A stretch of 64,000 nt of DNA, taken from the NCBI GenBank assembly GCA_973895155.1, contig OZ316896.1, positions 682,001-746,000 on the forward strand, read 5' to 3'. The first letter of the stretch is position 1, and every line of letters begins with the position of its first letter. This stretch comes from Marsupella aquatica. Taxonomy: Eukaryota; Plantae; Marchantiophyta. Positions 14,000-28,270 of the stretch are shown here, one piece after another. A program made the position numbers and the translations under genes. The notes below the pieces were generated by a model that was not told the DNA's origin, ran no database searches, and saw nothing but the letters and a program-made list of their open reading frames with translations.

Positions 14000-14475
14000 C
14001 AGTTAACTCTCTCTAAGTGCACACTCTCGGGAGGACAGATCTGGCATGCACTAAACCAGGTGTTGCATTGCTTGATAAACGCACCCCCCCCCCTAAAATG
14101 TGCACTTATTGATAAGTGGTTTTGTTTTAGATTCCTTTGTTAAAATTTAGAGCCCCTCCGTTAGTGAGTAATCACCCTCATACTTTGTATCCCTGCCCTA
14201 ATTCTGTGCCAACCCTCTTTAAGTGCATTCTATACTTACTAAGAATGGGCATGCATTTATCCATAAATGCAATTTCATGATGCATTTACTGATAAGAGCA
14301 TAGAGACACTTATCAAGGGTAAGCACTTATAAATTTGTAGTTTAGCGCAATGATTTTAGCCCTGTGTGTGCTTAGGAAAAACGCTTATCCCATGTTAAAA
14401 AAAAAAAAGGACAGGATGACCTGCACAATTCGAGGGTAAGCACTTATGGAGTGTGCACTTAGAGAGAGCCTACTG
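14000..14475. mobile_element. Tc1/mariner-pogo-type MITE
   Basis: TA|CAGTTAACTCTCTCTAAGTGCACACTC ... GAGTGTGCACTTAGAGAGAGCCTACTG|TA: ~27-bp TIR, CAGT termini, TA flanks. Confidence 0.85.
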
Positions 14476-14505
14476 TAGCCCCAATCATTATGAAACAGTA
14501 GTTGT

Positions 14506-15075
14506 AGGTCACCCCGGTTTGAAGTGACGGGCAACTTGCCGAGTTCCCCGGCACGTAAATGCCTCCATTTGACGCATATTCGCTCTTATTCCCCGGCCCG
14601 GCCTGAACTTCTCCCAGCCCGGCCCGGCCTGGCCCCTCCCCTCACCCGTACCCGGCCCAGCCCCAGACCCAGCCTGCCCCGTCCCGGCCCCGGCTAAATG
14701 GCAGCCGGGGGCGGGAAGGGGCACGCCGGGTCCGGGTGAGGAGGGAGGCCGGGTGAGGAGGGGAGGGGAGGCCGGGTCCGGGTGAGGGGGAGGAGCCGGG
14801 TCCGGGTGAGAGGGTCCGGGAATGAAATCCTGGAAAAGTCCGGGCCGGGCCGGATCTCGGGCCGGGGCTGGGGCCGGGACCGGAGGATAGGGCCGGGACC
14901 GGGAGAGTCAAAAGGGGAGCAAGACCGGGGGAAGGGGCCGGGGGGAGAGAGAGGAACTCGGGCCAGGAGGTCATGGCCAGACCGGGCCGGGACCGGGAGA
15001 GTCCGGGTGTCGACTTGCCGGTTGATGGCCTCGAAAGAGTCTATTTGCCGGGCAAGTCCAAACCGGGTAGATCAC
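14506..15075. mobile_element. GC-rich non-autonomous element with CCGGG/GGGCC repeats
   Basis: Abrupt GC-rich island. Imperfect terminal inverted match CCCGGTTTG...GGCAA / TTGCC...CAAACCGGG. Internal GCCGGGTCCGGGTGAG repeats. The ORFs here are low-complexity. Confidence 0.55.
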
Positions 15076-15119
15076 CCTTTTCATATATCTTCCCACTTTT
15101 TTGTCTAGCAGTCACTCTC

Positions 15120-15640
15120 TCTCATTCGATGCTAAAGTACTGACGAAATGTTTTCCAGCTCTTAACTATGAGAGCCTGAGCCTCCGAGGTGGAGGGGATG
15201 TCTTGTACACAAAGAGCACCCCAGCTTTTCCAGATATGACATGATACTACCGCCCTAAGTATACTCCAAATTTCTTTTGGGGGTTTCTGGGTGAAACGAA
15301 TGTGTCCCCAGAAGTGTTTTGTTGTCGTCGAGATATTCCTTCGTTGGTCAGGGATGCAACTGTTGTGGCCCAAATTCATTGGGGTCGAGAATGTAAGCAA
15401 TCCAATCCCAGCTAGAGGCAATGCCAGAGATTTTCATTGGCTCACTTTTATGGCACAGAGTAAGCACCAATGAACCCTAAGTAACCAATCCCAGATGGCC
15501 CCCAACAAATCTGGAACACAAAAGTACTGTACAGCGCAGGAGCTTTGTGTCCTCTGAACACATTGGTCAACAGGGACAATGTCAATTCTTTTGGTTTTTT
15601 CGAGGCCAAGGTACAATGTCAATTTGCAATGTAGCATATT
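15120..15640 (-). pseudogene. Degenerate LINE-like ORF2 C-terminal fragment
   Basis: Broken frames read ...WDWLLRVHW...AGI...C...TTKHFW...IWSILRAVVSCHIWK..., resembling the zf-RVT/C-terminal region of plant L1 ORF2. No RT core visible. Confidence 0.35.
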
Positions 15641-18600
15641 TAACTTGGCTTATAGCTTGGACTCGATTAGATCAGGAAATTGAGCTTTGAAAGCAATCCA
15701 AACTGGACTGATTGTTGAAGAAGGCACGAGACAACCTACTTTCTGGGACTACTTGAAGTGCCACTCGTGCCACCAGCACTCTCAATAAACTTCAGCCTCT
15801 CATTTATTTTATCTTCAAGATAATATTTGCTGCTCTAAGCTGCAGCAACTTACATATATAATTGACAACTAACACATACGTCAATTGACAATCTCAGAAC
15901 ACGATGAATTTCGTTCACAAAAGGCTGAGGGAAACCAGCTCCCATCAATTTTGGTTTAGACAGTGTAAGAATAGTATATCTCCATCCACACCTAAAGTGA
16001 TCATTTAAATGTAGCTCTCAAGCCTACTTCTTGAACTGGACACTTCAATTATTGTTTCCAAACCTTTCAGCTTGCTGATCGTAAACTGTTGTTGTGAACA
16101 GGAACTTCAAGTCGAGCACATGCCATATAGCTTCATATCCTGCCTGTACTCTACCTGCATCTCTTCCTAAGTTGTGTCCTGCATGATACCTTCGACTTTG
16201 ACTTAGATTTGAAAGTTTATCTTCTCATTTCTGGAGCCTTGTGACCTACACAGTCACTAGCACTAATTCAAGAGCACCCATTTCAGGGTCTACTCACTAG
16301 TTCTACTTCTACTCACTAGGTAGAGTTAGTCACACTAATTTTGTGCTGACATTATTTCACATGTATTAGTGTTATTGTGATCTCAACAGTGAAAATAAAG
16401 AGGGAATAAAATGCAAAAGTACAAGTACAGCACATGCCAAAGAAAAACACATTGCACATATTAATGAAAATAAAAGTACAAGTGCACAAGTCTTGAATGA
16501 AAAATTGTGCACATAAGATACATAATTTTTGCTTGTCCTAATGACATTCAAAAGTTGTGCACATAATTATGAGGTACAAAAAATACTCACTCGCCTTAGG
16601 TAACAGGAGTATTAAAATAGGAGATGTCCACATTCCTTGGTACCATTGTTCTCATTCACAAGAGGAGATAACATCTTTCTCCTAAAGTGCTTGGATGCTT
16701 TGTATTGAATTCTAAATCTACAAGAATGAGAGCTCTAGGATAACCAGATTAAAAACATTGAGAGAGGTGCATAAATAAAATAGAATCTAAATACTATAAG
16801 TGATGCACCTTGTTATGCCACAATAAAATAAAAATACAAAACTTAAAATCTTAATAAGACCAGACAGTGAAAGGTTGATTGGCCAATCTCGAAAAGGTTT
16901 GTCATATATTGCTGCTCTTTCCGAGAAACGGTCTTGTACGCTGCAAACGTCTAAAGTTTTTAAATGTTTGGATGTCGGCAATAATAATTCAAGGAACTGT
17001 TTGGGCAAAAGTGTCTCCTGTAGCTACTGAGGGTCCGGTGAGGGGATCCGAGTTACGACGACTATATGTCTAGTCGAATTTTGTGAGGCTCCAGTACAAC
17101 TGGTGGGGAAGCTTCAACGCAGGAGAAAGTCCAAGTCGTACTTAAAAGCCGAGCACTCAAATCTCACCTGTTGTCCTTCGCATTGGCAAGGGATGTCCAT
17201 CGCGTTTGCAAATGATGGCCACGTACCGGAAGACTTGAGCTATGTGTAACTTGACGTTTCTCACATGCATCTGTTGCCCCTAGAGCCTGTACGTCCCAAG
17301 AAACGTCTGCAACGCCCTCCCTCCCAACAACCTCGATCGATAGACTTTCCGCTACAAGAGCTGGAAAGAACGATGACAAGTACTCGTTGGCATGTGTGAA
17401 CTCCAAAGTGGTCTTCTTGCACGGGCAGGGTCAAACAATGCTGCATGTGAGGAACCTGTGCCTATCAGCTGCCTTCATATTTGTGGCCCTTGCTTACAGC
17501 TACGGTCTGAAGCCCTTCCGTGACAGTCAAGTTAAGAACCAATCCCGGAGCTGGTCAATAACATCTTGGCCTTTGACGTCCCTGGCGGCTTCCGAGCCCT
17601 GCCTGAGAACAGCCACGTTTCGATCAATGGCACTCTTCCACTGACCCAGTCCCATACTCCCATCGTTCCAAAAACCCGTTTGCTCGATTGAAGGCAGCAA
17701 TCAAGGAGGCACTACTAGTGTAGCTACTCAGGTAATTCAACAGGTAGCAATGTAGAAAGCTAGCCGAGCTGGTTCGCAAGCAACCAGGCATGTATTTGGG
17801 GGACCAGGCCAGATCAAAACGGAGACCGAATCTACACCCATTCGCATGCTCAACTTTAACATTTTACAGTCCATATCAATTCAAAAGAATTAGCAATTGT
17901 CCAGCTTTCCGCGTTTTCCCCTCCAATTTCATCCCATACCAACGTTCTTCTTTCGCATTACAAATGTCAGGATTTATTAGCGTTGCTGCAAAAACATTCT
18001 TATGGGCATAATCTTGCTCAGGCTGCTCATGAGACCTGAGCTGTAGGTTCATCTGATGCTAAGAGAGACATTTTTCTAATTCAGACAGCCGGGGTTGAGA
18101 AGGGTCTAGTGAACTATAAGTGGACCTAGCGCAGGAGCCTACAGTAGTGTCAACAACTGTCATTTACAAAAAGGAGAACAGAAGCAAAGAAAACGGGCTC
18201 CGTTGATTTTTAACTTGGGCGGCTTCTACTCGGAACGTTCTATTTATCATTCTCCTCTCCTGTTTCGAGGTCTCGCCAGTTCATATGTTTAGTAAGAATC
18301 CGTATTGCTTGGGATTGGTCCAATTTCTGTTGTGGTGTTATTGTGTGTCATATATGGATAAGATTGGTCTATATACTATTGTGAGCGTTCGTTTTGGACT
18401 CTTGATGTGCTGAATCACAGAAGATGAAGGCTGCATAAACCGTATACTGCAAACACTCATCAAAGATAGATGCTAAACGTGGTTTTTGTTCTCTAATTCT
18501 TAAATAATTATTCCGAACTGTTTCGCATGCAATAAACTTAGTGGGTTATCTGAACCATTAGCTCATTACTCAAACAATTATCAAACAGATAGAGATGATC

Positions 18601-19003
18601 CATTTAGATAATTGGTCTAGCTTTAGTGAATGTGGGAAAGGGTCTTGTATAGTAACAAAAGTTTTGATTGATAAATTCAGGAGTTTTTATTTATGATTAA
18701 AAGGGAATTTGAAGCTCCGCTTTGACCAATAGAAACATCCTGAAGGTTTCACTTGGATATAACATGTTTCCATTTCCTCAGTTGAATGCTAAGAAGGTAT
18801 ATTAGTCAGTTGACTACCAAGACGTTTGTTTACTTAAACCACACTGGCCCATATAAAAGACTCATTCACTCCATCACTACTACTCATTCTTGTCTTGTAA
18901 TGAAGAGTGTCTCACTATACTCCTCATTCTCTTAACTTTACTAATACCCCATAGCTCTTTACTGGTGGGGTTTATTAAGTGGAATGAACGTCGAAAAGCT
19001 GAC

Positions 19004-19125
19004 TTGGCGCATGTGAGAACTACGTGCCTAACATTCATAATCTAGTAACAAACAGTTGTACCAAACAAAATCTTGGCGCATGTGAGAACTACTTGCCTAA
19101 CATTCATAATCTATAAACAAACAGT
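19004..19125. repeat. Two-copy tandem repeat, ~68-bp period
   Basis: TTGGCGCATGTGAGAACTAC(G/T)TGCCTAACATTCATAATCTA..AACAAACAGTT occurs twice. Confidence 0.85.
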
Positions 19126-19764
19126 TACGAAACTAAATCTCGATCATAATTCCCGTGTAGAAAATTTCCCAGAGCTGTAGTCTCTCGGGAAAAATTCTGG
19201 GAGGAACCTATATATCCTGGATTCGGTACCTCCCGGGTACCTCACATACGAATTACAAAATTCAGATTGAGTAGAGGGTCTGTGTGGACAATCTGATGAA
19301 ACCGATGAGCAGGATGTCAATCAAAAGGGAAAATCCTGAAGATGGCTACCGGTATTTCTTTGTGACAAACCATCAACTTCAGCACGTGTCGAAGAACTTC
19401 ACCCGGTCTTGCGGTCCGGGTGAAGACCTTATCTCAAAAGGATCAGGTAACAACTTACATCCAGCCGGCAATTGGACAGTCCATATCGAACAGGAACACA
19501 GACGTCACATAGCAAGCTAGCCCGGCCAGTGGATTCATAATTAGAACGATCTAGTAAACGAAGGCAAAGGTGAACAAGATATTCCAGCTCGGAGTCTGCG
19601 AACAAGAACGAAAGGGAGGCCATTTCATACTTCGTTGATCTTCGGGATCAGAAGTTCCACCTTGGTTATTTTCAGTTGAAATCAAGTCGTGCCTATCGGG
19701 TTGAGACAACACTTGGAGCGTCAGTTGCCACGACCTCAGACCCTAGGAGATCTTTGTCTGAATA

Positions 19765-22700
19765 CTAGCGGACAGTTGCATAGTCATTGTCATCATGAGT
19801 GTGCTTAACGCTGGAATAGAGTTCCAGTTCAATGGCCTCTGACAGGGCGCGCACAACCTGGGCCATATCGGGCCTTACTGCTGTTGCAGAGTCAGTGCTT
19901 CTAATTGCGACGGATAACACTTTCATCATAGACTCCTCGTTAAATTTCCCATTTAACGACGGGTCAATGATTTCCCTGGCAGTCCCGGCCTGTTCTTCTC
20001 TACGGACCTGCATTTATACCACATACATTTACTAGCAAGAGTCAATTACTCCTTAGCTAGACAGACACTATATAATTTGTCCAGCACGAGCTTGCGCATT
20101 ACATCGCTGTGCAATACCTTCGCTATATTACAGTGCAACGTTACAAGTACGGGTGAAGTGTTTTGATGATGCCTTGAACAATCTTGTGGGTGTTCAGGCC
20201 AGGGTACGCAGTTCGAATACATGAAAGTTGCTTCAACAAAGGAACATAAAGGAAACAAAGTGCTAATTTTCTGAGCGACCTTACGATGCTTTGAGTGCAA
20301 GATCAAATTAATACACCAAGATAAAGGGAGCGATAGGTAGATGGGAAACAGCACGAGCTGATTTAAAATTGTGCCTAATTTGGATAGTACGAAAGAGGTA
20401 CCGAGGGGAAGCCAACACAAGTACATCTATTTAATCGCCCAGGACTTTCTTAAAACTGGACACTAAGAAAGGTTTCTAGGAGAAACCTACCCATTCGATG
20501 AGAGTGTTAGTGCTGCCATCTGGACGTTCCGCAACATGAGGATGGCGACCTGAAATTATCTCCAGGAGAACCACCCCAAAACTATACACATCGCTCTTTG
20601 GAGTTAACCTTTGCGTGACGAAGTACCTAATTAAAATTCCGTTAAACTTAAGGCATTCTCTACGATGTATGTACATGTCAATATGTTGTTCCAAGAAAAC
20701 AGAAGTAAAAAATAATTCATCTACGTTGTTTGTTCAATGATCGTGAATGAAGGAAGAAATGGCTCAGTCAATGAATAAGGTTTGATTTCATACTCTGGAT
20801 CAATATACCCAATTGTGCCCTTCAAGAGGGTATCAACGCCGCTGAATACGCCTTCTGGGGCCTGCTTTGAGATTCCGAAATCCGCAACCTTGGCTACCAT
20901 GTTCTCATCAATCAATATGTTGTTGCTCTTGACATCACGGTGAATAATCCGCGGATGACAGTCCATATGCAGATATTCTAGCCCTGCAAGAGTTACCAGG
21001 ATGCAGATATCCAAACGAAAATAAATATACCTTGGCAAGTGGATAGATTCGAATTTTTAGTCTCCGATGTTTAGCTTTCGAGAATTCATGCCTTCGACGT
21101 GGACCATTATCCGTAATTATGCCATATTTTCAAACCTTCAATTGATCTTCTGACATTTTGAATTGCCTAGCTAGTTGTCCCTACCCGTAACCGTGACCCA
21201 GACACTTGTGGTAGGTGGGATCGAATTATCAGACCTTTAGCCGAGTTCAGAGCAATGTCAAGTCTTGTCCTCCAATCCAGACTCTTCTTTGATTTGTTGC
21301 CTACAAGATCGAAAACTTACAGTAACTATTGCCGAGTTTATAACATGCGTTTGAGCGATCTACACACGAAAAGGTGTTTTTTCCGAACGAGGAGCTGAAA
21401 TACAAACTAATGTAAAGAGTTTCCATGCATGCTCAAATGTTTCATGGTCGCGTCTTGGATTCAGAACAGGAATTGTTACCATAAAGGTGGTCACCAAGAG
21501 TCCCATTACAAAAATAAACGTAGATGAGAATTTGCTGGTTCTCTTCTTCACAGTAACCAACCAGCGACACAAGGTTCCTGTGGTGTATACGTGACAGTAA
21601 TTCAACCTGAAAATGTACAACACGTAGATGGATTGCGTACTGTTAGCAAGAGACAGCTTTTGTGCCTAAGGCATCAAAGAGCAAGATACTAACGGTCGGT
21701 TATATACTATTCGCACGGAGGATATATATGTAGCTAGCACTTTAATTAATTTCAAGAACTCTATTCAAAGTTCTCTGAACACAGATTGATTCCAAACAAA
21801 CCTCGTTCAAAAACTCGGTCACTCCTTGACGAGAATCGTTCTTCTTCACTTTCACAGCCACTTCTTGCTCATTCGTAAGTTTTCCATAGTACACTGGCCC
21901 GAATGATCCCTCTCCAATTTTCGTCGAGAACCTTTTTGTCGCGTCGCTCAATTCTTCTAATGTTAGCAAGGTCGTTGATGATAGTAAAGCTTTCCTACTT
22001 AACGTGTGCCCCTGTGGATTTCGATTCTCTACAAAACAATTCAGACGATGGAATACACATTATAAAATACTCCTTGCATGATCAATTTCAAACTTTTCGA
22101 ATAATTTTGCGTACGGCAGATCTACAAATGAAGCACCGCTCGCAGTCTGCGAATCTTGAAGGAAGCTTTTGCGTAAGTGGGAAGAAATATAATTGCAGGC
22201 CGTCGATCATGTGTTGAGCATTAATCGAACTCCGTGCTTTTACACTGTGATCTAGATCTGATGTACAAGATTGCCGAGAATGCGATGCGTGCATATAAAA
22301 CATGCACGCTCTTGAATTGTTGCAAAAGATTCATTTTGACACAGCCAAGGAATTTTGAAAAAGCAGTTACTGAACCATTAAGGACGAGTGGAATTTATCA
22401 CAGGATACGCGTGTACTGACCTGCTTTTCCTATTGCTCTGACGATGCGACGTCTAGACCGCTTTCTTCTCGTACAAATAGCCCAAAAGATGGCAGCAGCT
22501 ATTGCGAGTGCAACGAGACCGCCCAGGACGCCACCCACAATAGCACTGTCGCTCGACGAAACTGACTTTGCGGGAGTGGAAGTGGAAGTGGGGGTGGAAG
22601 TGGGGGTGGAAGTGGAAGTGGGGGTGGCAGTTGCCGGTGCCGGTGCCGGTGCGACAACACCACAGCCAGGGGTGGTACATGTCATTGAAGGATTGTTCAA

Positions 22701-25700
22701 AACCCTGTATGCATCACAACTTGCTACAATCAACTGCAAGGTAAGATCACTTGACTACTTAATTATATATAGCTACAGCGATAATCAGAAAAGACTGTTT
22801 TGTGACAGTTACACATTCATGTTATGAGAAGTGACAGGATAGTTCGGACATACTCTTTGTCTAGCTCGAGTATATCTGACAACAATTAGATATAAACCAT
22901 TTGGAGAGCAAATGCGCTCCCCACAGGTAACAGAAAACTAGCCGAACCAATTTTCGGCCTAGCTATTACATTCCTACGTCGAACCAGTTAGAAGGGTAAG
23001 TTGGCACTTAGTCACTAGAACATGAATCTAGGTAGCGAACGTAACGTGACCAAAGTCAATTCATGAGGTCTATAATAAATTCAAGGGGACACCTGCGATC
23101 ACAATTTTGAGTGGGGCGTGAAGAAACTCACGTGAAGTTCAATCCTGGTTTCTTAAGATTCGAGGGCACTGTTCCACTGAGATTGTTGTTCGCCAAGTTC
23201 CTGCACACCAAAATAGTAGTAGCGTCAAAGTCCGTTTCTCGATCCGAGTTCAATGGCCGGTAGGGAGTCAGACTAGCTCAAACAACTATCAAGTTTTTGC
23301 GTAATTCAATGATAAATCCTTGGATTTTCCTTTAAACGTTTTAAATTTTTATAACTTTGGGGGCCACGCAAACCCCATGGCCGGGGGTAAATCCTTGGAT
23401 TTTAGCAACAGGAATCTAAAACGGTATCTGAACAGCCAGTTACATCGAGATCAAACTGTTTTCGGGGGATCAGTTCGCAGTCGCTTCCTGACGAGCTTCA
23501 TTTGCTAATCATGACCGAAATCTTGAGCAATTGCTTATAAGTATGCAAATGAGGCAACTCATTATCAAACCGACAACAATGGGAGCTGATATTAATGCAC
23601 CTATACTGAACTTTTAGTTAAACACCCATGTCAATTAATTAAGACTTACAGCTGGGTTAGATTGGGGAGCGCATTGCCGAGAAAAGTTGGAATACTTCCA
23701 CTCAGTTTGTTATCCTGTAGATCTCTGTCATCCAACTTAATAATATATGTTTTAAGATACAAATAATCGTGAACTAAATACCAATTAAATATATCAAACA
23801 ATTTGCAATTCAAAACCAAGGCACAGATTGAACTTGGATTATTAGAGGTGTGTGGAACCAACCATAGTGCAGATATAATTAAAGCTCGACTACAGATTTG
23901 ATCATGGTACACTCCTTCACTAGGCAATAATTTACAACAAAGTAAAAACATCCTGAAAAGAGTTTTAGATGCAGTCGAAGAGCAAAAGTTGAAGAGCAAG
24001 AGTTTAAGAGGTTGTCAGGGATTGTCAGGCTCTTACATAGCTTGAAGTTGCCCAAGAATGCTCAAATGGTCTGGGATCGAACCAGTGAAGCTATTGTTAT
24101 TGAGTGTCCTGAGAAACACACAACACGTGGCTTTAGATGCGCTTTCAGAATGCCAAGATCGCATGTACTAACGTATAGGCAAGTGACACGGGTGGTTCAT
24201 GAATCTGAGTGTCTACATCAACTACAGTTGCTTCTTAATCAAGCCAGTGAACGGAAGAAGGGAAATTATGGGAAACTACTATTATAAATCCGTGATCCCG
24301 GCGATGGGAGTCTGAGGGGGATGACTTACAGATGCACAGTACTCCCTCGGACCCAGGCATTAGTTTGCTTAAACCAGGATTTCATATATATTAAGATATC
24401 TTACACTACTAAATATTTTAGTAGACTTTTCACTCAGTTACAAAATTTCTTAACTCATCGCATCCACTCTCAGATAGTACCTGGACCACGGCCTTAGTTC
24501 AATAAAAACAAAAGGTTCTAAACTACAGGGAACATAACTCACTCGATTACAATAAATATTTCTCAACTCATTGCGTCCTCTCTCACATAGGATTAAATTT
24601 CATGAATAGCAAAAACTAAAAGCTAAAATTTGAGACACTGGTTCAAGCATTCAAAACCCTTTCTGGTACACTTCATTGTTACTAATGGTGGCAACGGTAC
24701 TTCTTTACCAGGGGTACTGCCCGTGACGAGAGATGAATTGAATGATTGCTTAGTTAATGTCCAAGAGATAAAATGAATGATATATTGCTTAGTGACAACT
24801 GGGTTACCCAGCGATATGAAAATCGGAGAATTCCGTACCATCTTGGCTCCAATCATCGGGCAGTTAGAACAATATTAATTCGTTGTTAAGTATTAGGTAT
24901 GTCAAGTCCATTTTATCCCGCTCACACGTACATTGTTGTTTAGAACATCACAAGTTAACACATGCGATCTCTTTTCGATGACGAGATGAAACTTACAAAT
25001 TAGTCAACGCTGTGAGGAATGAGATCTCCATTGGAATACCCCCAACAAATCCTTGATTTCCTAGATACCTGCAAAGAAATCATTTGCACTAGTAAGAAAT
25101 TTCCTTTCTTATCCGGACTCTCGTGAACATTTAGCTCGCAGATCACTAACTACACAGTTCATACCATAACTGTAGCTGGACGACCACGGTGCTTCCAAAT
25201 GTGCTATCCTATCCCACAGCTACATTTGCGATTAGAAATTAGTATTGAAATACGTTGTGAATCGTCAGATTAAATTATATATAAACACTCACAGTGCGGT
25301 TATGCGTGGAGCGACCAGATCGTAATTGCAATTCAGCCAGTCAAATGGTTGGGGAAGACAGGGATCACCAATCCAATCAGTTATGTTGAGGACGATTTGG
25401 AGAGCAGCAAGATTGCTCACTGCGCAGAGGAGTAAAAGAAGGTCCCATTTTAGACCTCTTTCCACAACAACGTTTACTTCCAGGTGTAGTGGTTAACGCA
25501 ATAAACATATAGATCTTATTAATCTCATGTGCGCGCATGCGATCACAATCCAAGGAATCTCACGTGAGACAACTCTTCAATATATTTTCGACCATTCCCC
25601 AGCAGACTCACCGTCTTCAGCAGAAGTAGCACGCTGGTCGTAAGGGATTAACGCATAGATCTCATAGGCATTCAAGATCGGCCCAAAGACGGACGAGTCG

Positions 25701-28270
25701 CTTTGTCGAACGCTGATGATCAAATTGCTGTTCGGACTCATTACACTGGAATAAATCTCCAAAGGTGTATCCAAGCTGCTGTTGAATGACTTAATCAACT
25801 GATTGTTCAAATAGTAATTCATCCCCCGGAAGTTAGTCATAGAGACATTGCTGTCCAGCTCCTGGAAGTAAGCAGCGACGTAAAGACCTTGGCCTTGTCC
25901 GGGGTTTAGCGGTCCTTCATACATGACCTCAAGAGAGCTGGGGTCGTGCCAGGCAGTCTGCATCACAATTTGTGGCGTTTGATCCTGGTCTTGTCGAGAC
26001 GAATTAGACGAGCCGGCAGGAATATTGGAGTTACTTAGTGCAAGGAAGTTCTCATTGTTACCGAATAAACTCCAGATCCGGTCGTATCTCCTGGGAATCT
26101 GTGATTGCAAAATTCGAACACCTATTCATGAGTGCAAGTAGCACGTAAGCAAAAGAGGGGAGAGATCGATACACCATCAACAGGCAGGGACATATATACA
26201 GATCTACCTGCATATATCCAGAAGGTCCGCGCGAAAAGGAACTGCATGTGAACACATCTACTCCAAATAACATCCCACTGTGATTTCGATGTGACAATGT
26301 ACACAGTCAAATCAAGAAGACACCGGAAACGAACTCAAATAGCTGGCCCAGAAATTGTGTAATTCGAGATACCTCCACAACTGGATGGGCCCCGTTTCAG
26401 GGGGTCCACAGTTAATTCTAGTCATGAAGTCGAGCCAATATGGTTTTCCTGGCCCTAACACGGCAGAGTACATGTCGGGTGCGAGCTGTCTAAGCTCCAA
26501 TGCGGATATAAACATTGGTCCGTGAATTCGTGTCAGGCATACATCTAAAGTGCTTCCGGGAACGGAATATATCATTTCGTAATTATCTGAAAAGTAACGT
26601 TTATCTGCACATAACCTTTCAATCAGTCAAAACCAACAACCCACATCCTCAGGTTCGGGATGCATTCCGATCGACCCTAGCTCGCTAGGAGAATTATACT
26701 TGCTAATCAAAGTCGTGAAACGTTTTCCACTTGAGGTTATAATATTCGAACAAAAAAATGGCAAGCAGTACATTTCGAAGCGAGCTCTAGATTTAACATG
26801 TCCTTTTCTTTCCCCAAACAAACCCCGATACAGGAGACCTTCCGACTCACAGCTTAGTTCGGAGTAAGAAGAAATGTATTTTCGGTGCTCACATTAGCGT
26901 TTGAGTATCCACAAGAGATATATCTGAGCACCTCATCAACCTCCGAAAGCTGGGACATGGACGGTACGATTGGAAACGATCGAGCAGGTTGGTACTTACC
27001 TTCGGTCCATTGCAAGTGCAGCCAATTGAGGTGGTCCACATACACTTCGAAAGCGCCAAAGCTACTATCACTTAAGTTCCCAAAGTAGAACGTTGCGCGT
27101 AAGAGATAAGTTGACCCAGTCTGCACAGGCAACGAATAGCAGTTTCTGCTGCGTGTACTATCGAAATATCTGAGCGTCGCTGCTTGATAACGGTTCACGA
27201 GGGAGTAACTATCATTTTTGACCAGGATATTTACATTCTTTCCCGCTGTCTTGCTGTAAGCAGCATCGATCTCCCAATGGATCCCAGTGTCATCTTTATA
27301 GGGAATATCACTTCCACAGTCAATACTCAAGAATCCTGCATAGAACGACAGAATTAAATTTATATCAAATTCTCATTGATGTGCAAAGAGAGCCCCTGGA
27401 ATTTACAGTATTTCATCAAGCTCCACGGGTGTTTGTGCACAAGTATGATACTCTTTTTTGGGTCGGACTGTGTACATATGCATGAACTTTAAAGCCGGGG
27501 AGCCTGTGACGTGGATATCGCCTTAGTTTCCGATCATATTTTAGCAGCAGCGAACAGGCTTCGAAGATCATTGACAAAACTCTGCCGCAATGGGAATGAC
27601 CACCTTCTCTGAGTTCTATTCTCGGTTCTAATCTCGCATAAAGCTTCGCATGTCATTTGTATGGCTCCTCTCTAGCTAGGATGCTCTAACAGAATTTTCA
27701 CATAACTTGTCCACCAGCAATTGCCTTCTCAACCCTTCATGAGAACCAATGCACCAGGTGGATCCAATCATGCATCCTCAAACCGATACGCCTGGTGGAT
27801 CCAATCATGCATCCTCAAACCGATACGCCTGGTGGATCCGATTATGCATCATCTTGAGAGAAAGCATGGTGCACTGGACTTGGAGTATCTTGTGACTTGG
27901 ACTTGGAGGATCTTTGAGTCACAGACAGCTACATATGCGGAGCTAGATGTGCGGAAGAAACACACGACATCTACACGTGCAGGAGCCTGTATCCCAAGTA
28001 CTTTGATTGAACGCCACTATTCTAGTGCTCAATCGAGGTTTCTTTTTGTTCACTGAAAGTCCGGAATAATAGCAATATATACCATGCCCACGTCTACGGA
28101 CATATGCAGCATCGGACAAATGTTTGCTCGGGTATGTGCGCTGTACCAAAGTACCTTGTGGATGGAGAAAACTCACCGTCTTGGCTTTTAACAGGAGAGA
28201 TGCAAGCAACACAAATGACCAGCAGAAACCAGAGCCAACGTGGGCATCTTCCTCCATCGAGAATCTCCAT
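19765..28270 (-). pseudogene. Malectin-like LRR receptor-like kinase, copy B; full exon set but frameshifted in exon 4
   Basis: Exons mirror copy A: 28270-28177, 27335-27000, 26604-26373, 26098-25612 (487 nt vs 491 nt in A), then LRR, TM and kinase exons, and last exon 20007-19765 (IIDPSL...RPDMAQVV). With the shared splice sites the frame reads [21 protein letters not shown]-stop. Confidence 0.8.
27755..27852. repeat. Intronic ~37-bp tandem repeat; one extra unit in copy B versus copy A (8120-8180)
   Basis: GGTGGATCCAATCATGCATCCTCAAACCGATACGCCT units. Confidence 0.85.

Larger units (their letters stand above)
1..14330. repeat. Tandem segmental duplication, copy A (partner ~20015-31260)
   Basis: Exons, introns and upstream DNA are colinear and near-identical with 20015-29080. 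Patchy similarity continues: 10440-10515 vs 29157-29235, 11090-11110 vs 29290-29310, 13878-14325 vs 30815-31260. Confidence 0.95.

Noticed and set aside
14509-15108. Pro/Gly-rich protein ORFs
   Set aside because: Open in several frames on both strands because the sequence is GC-rich and repetitive.
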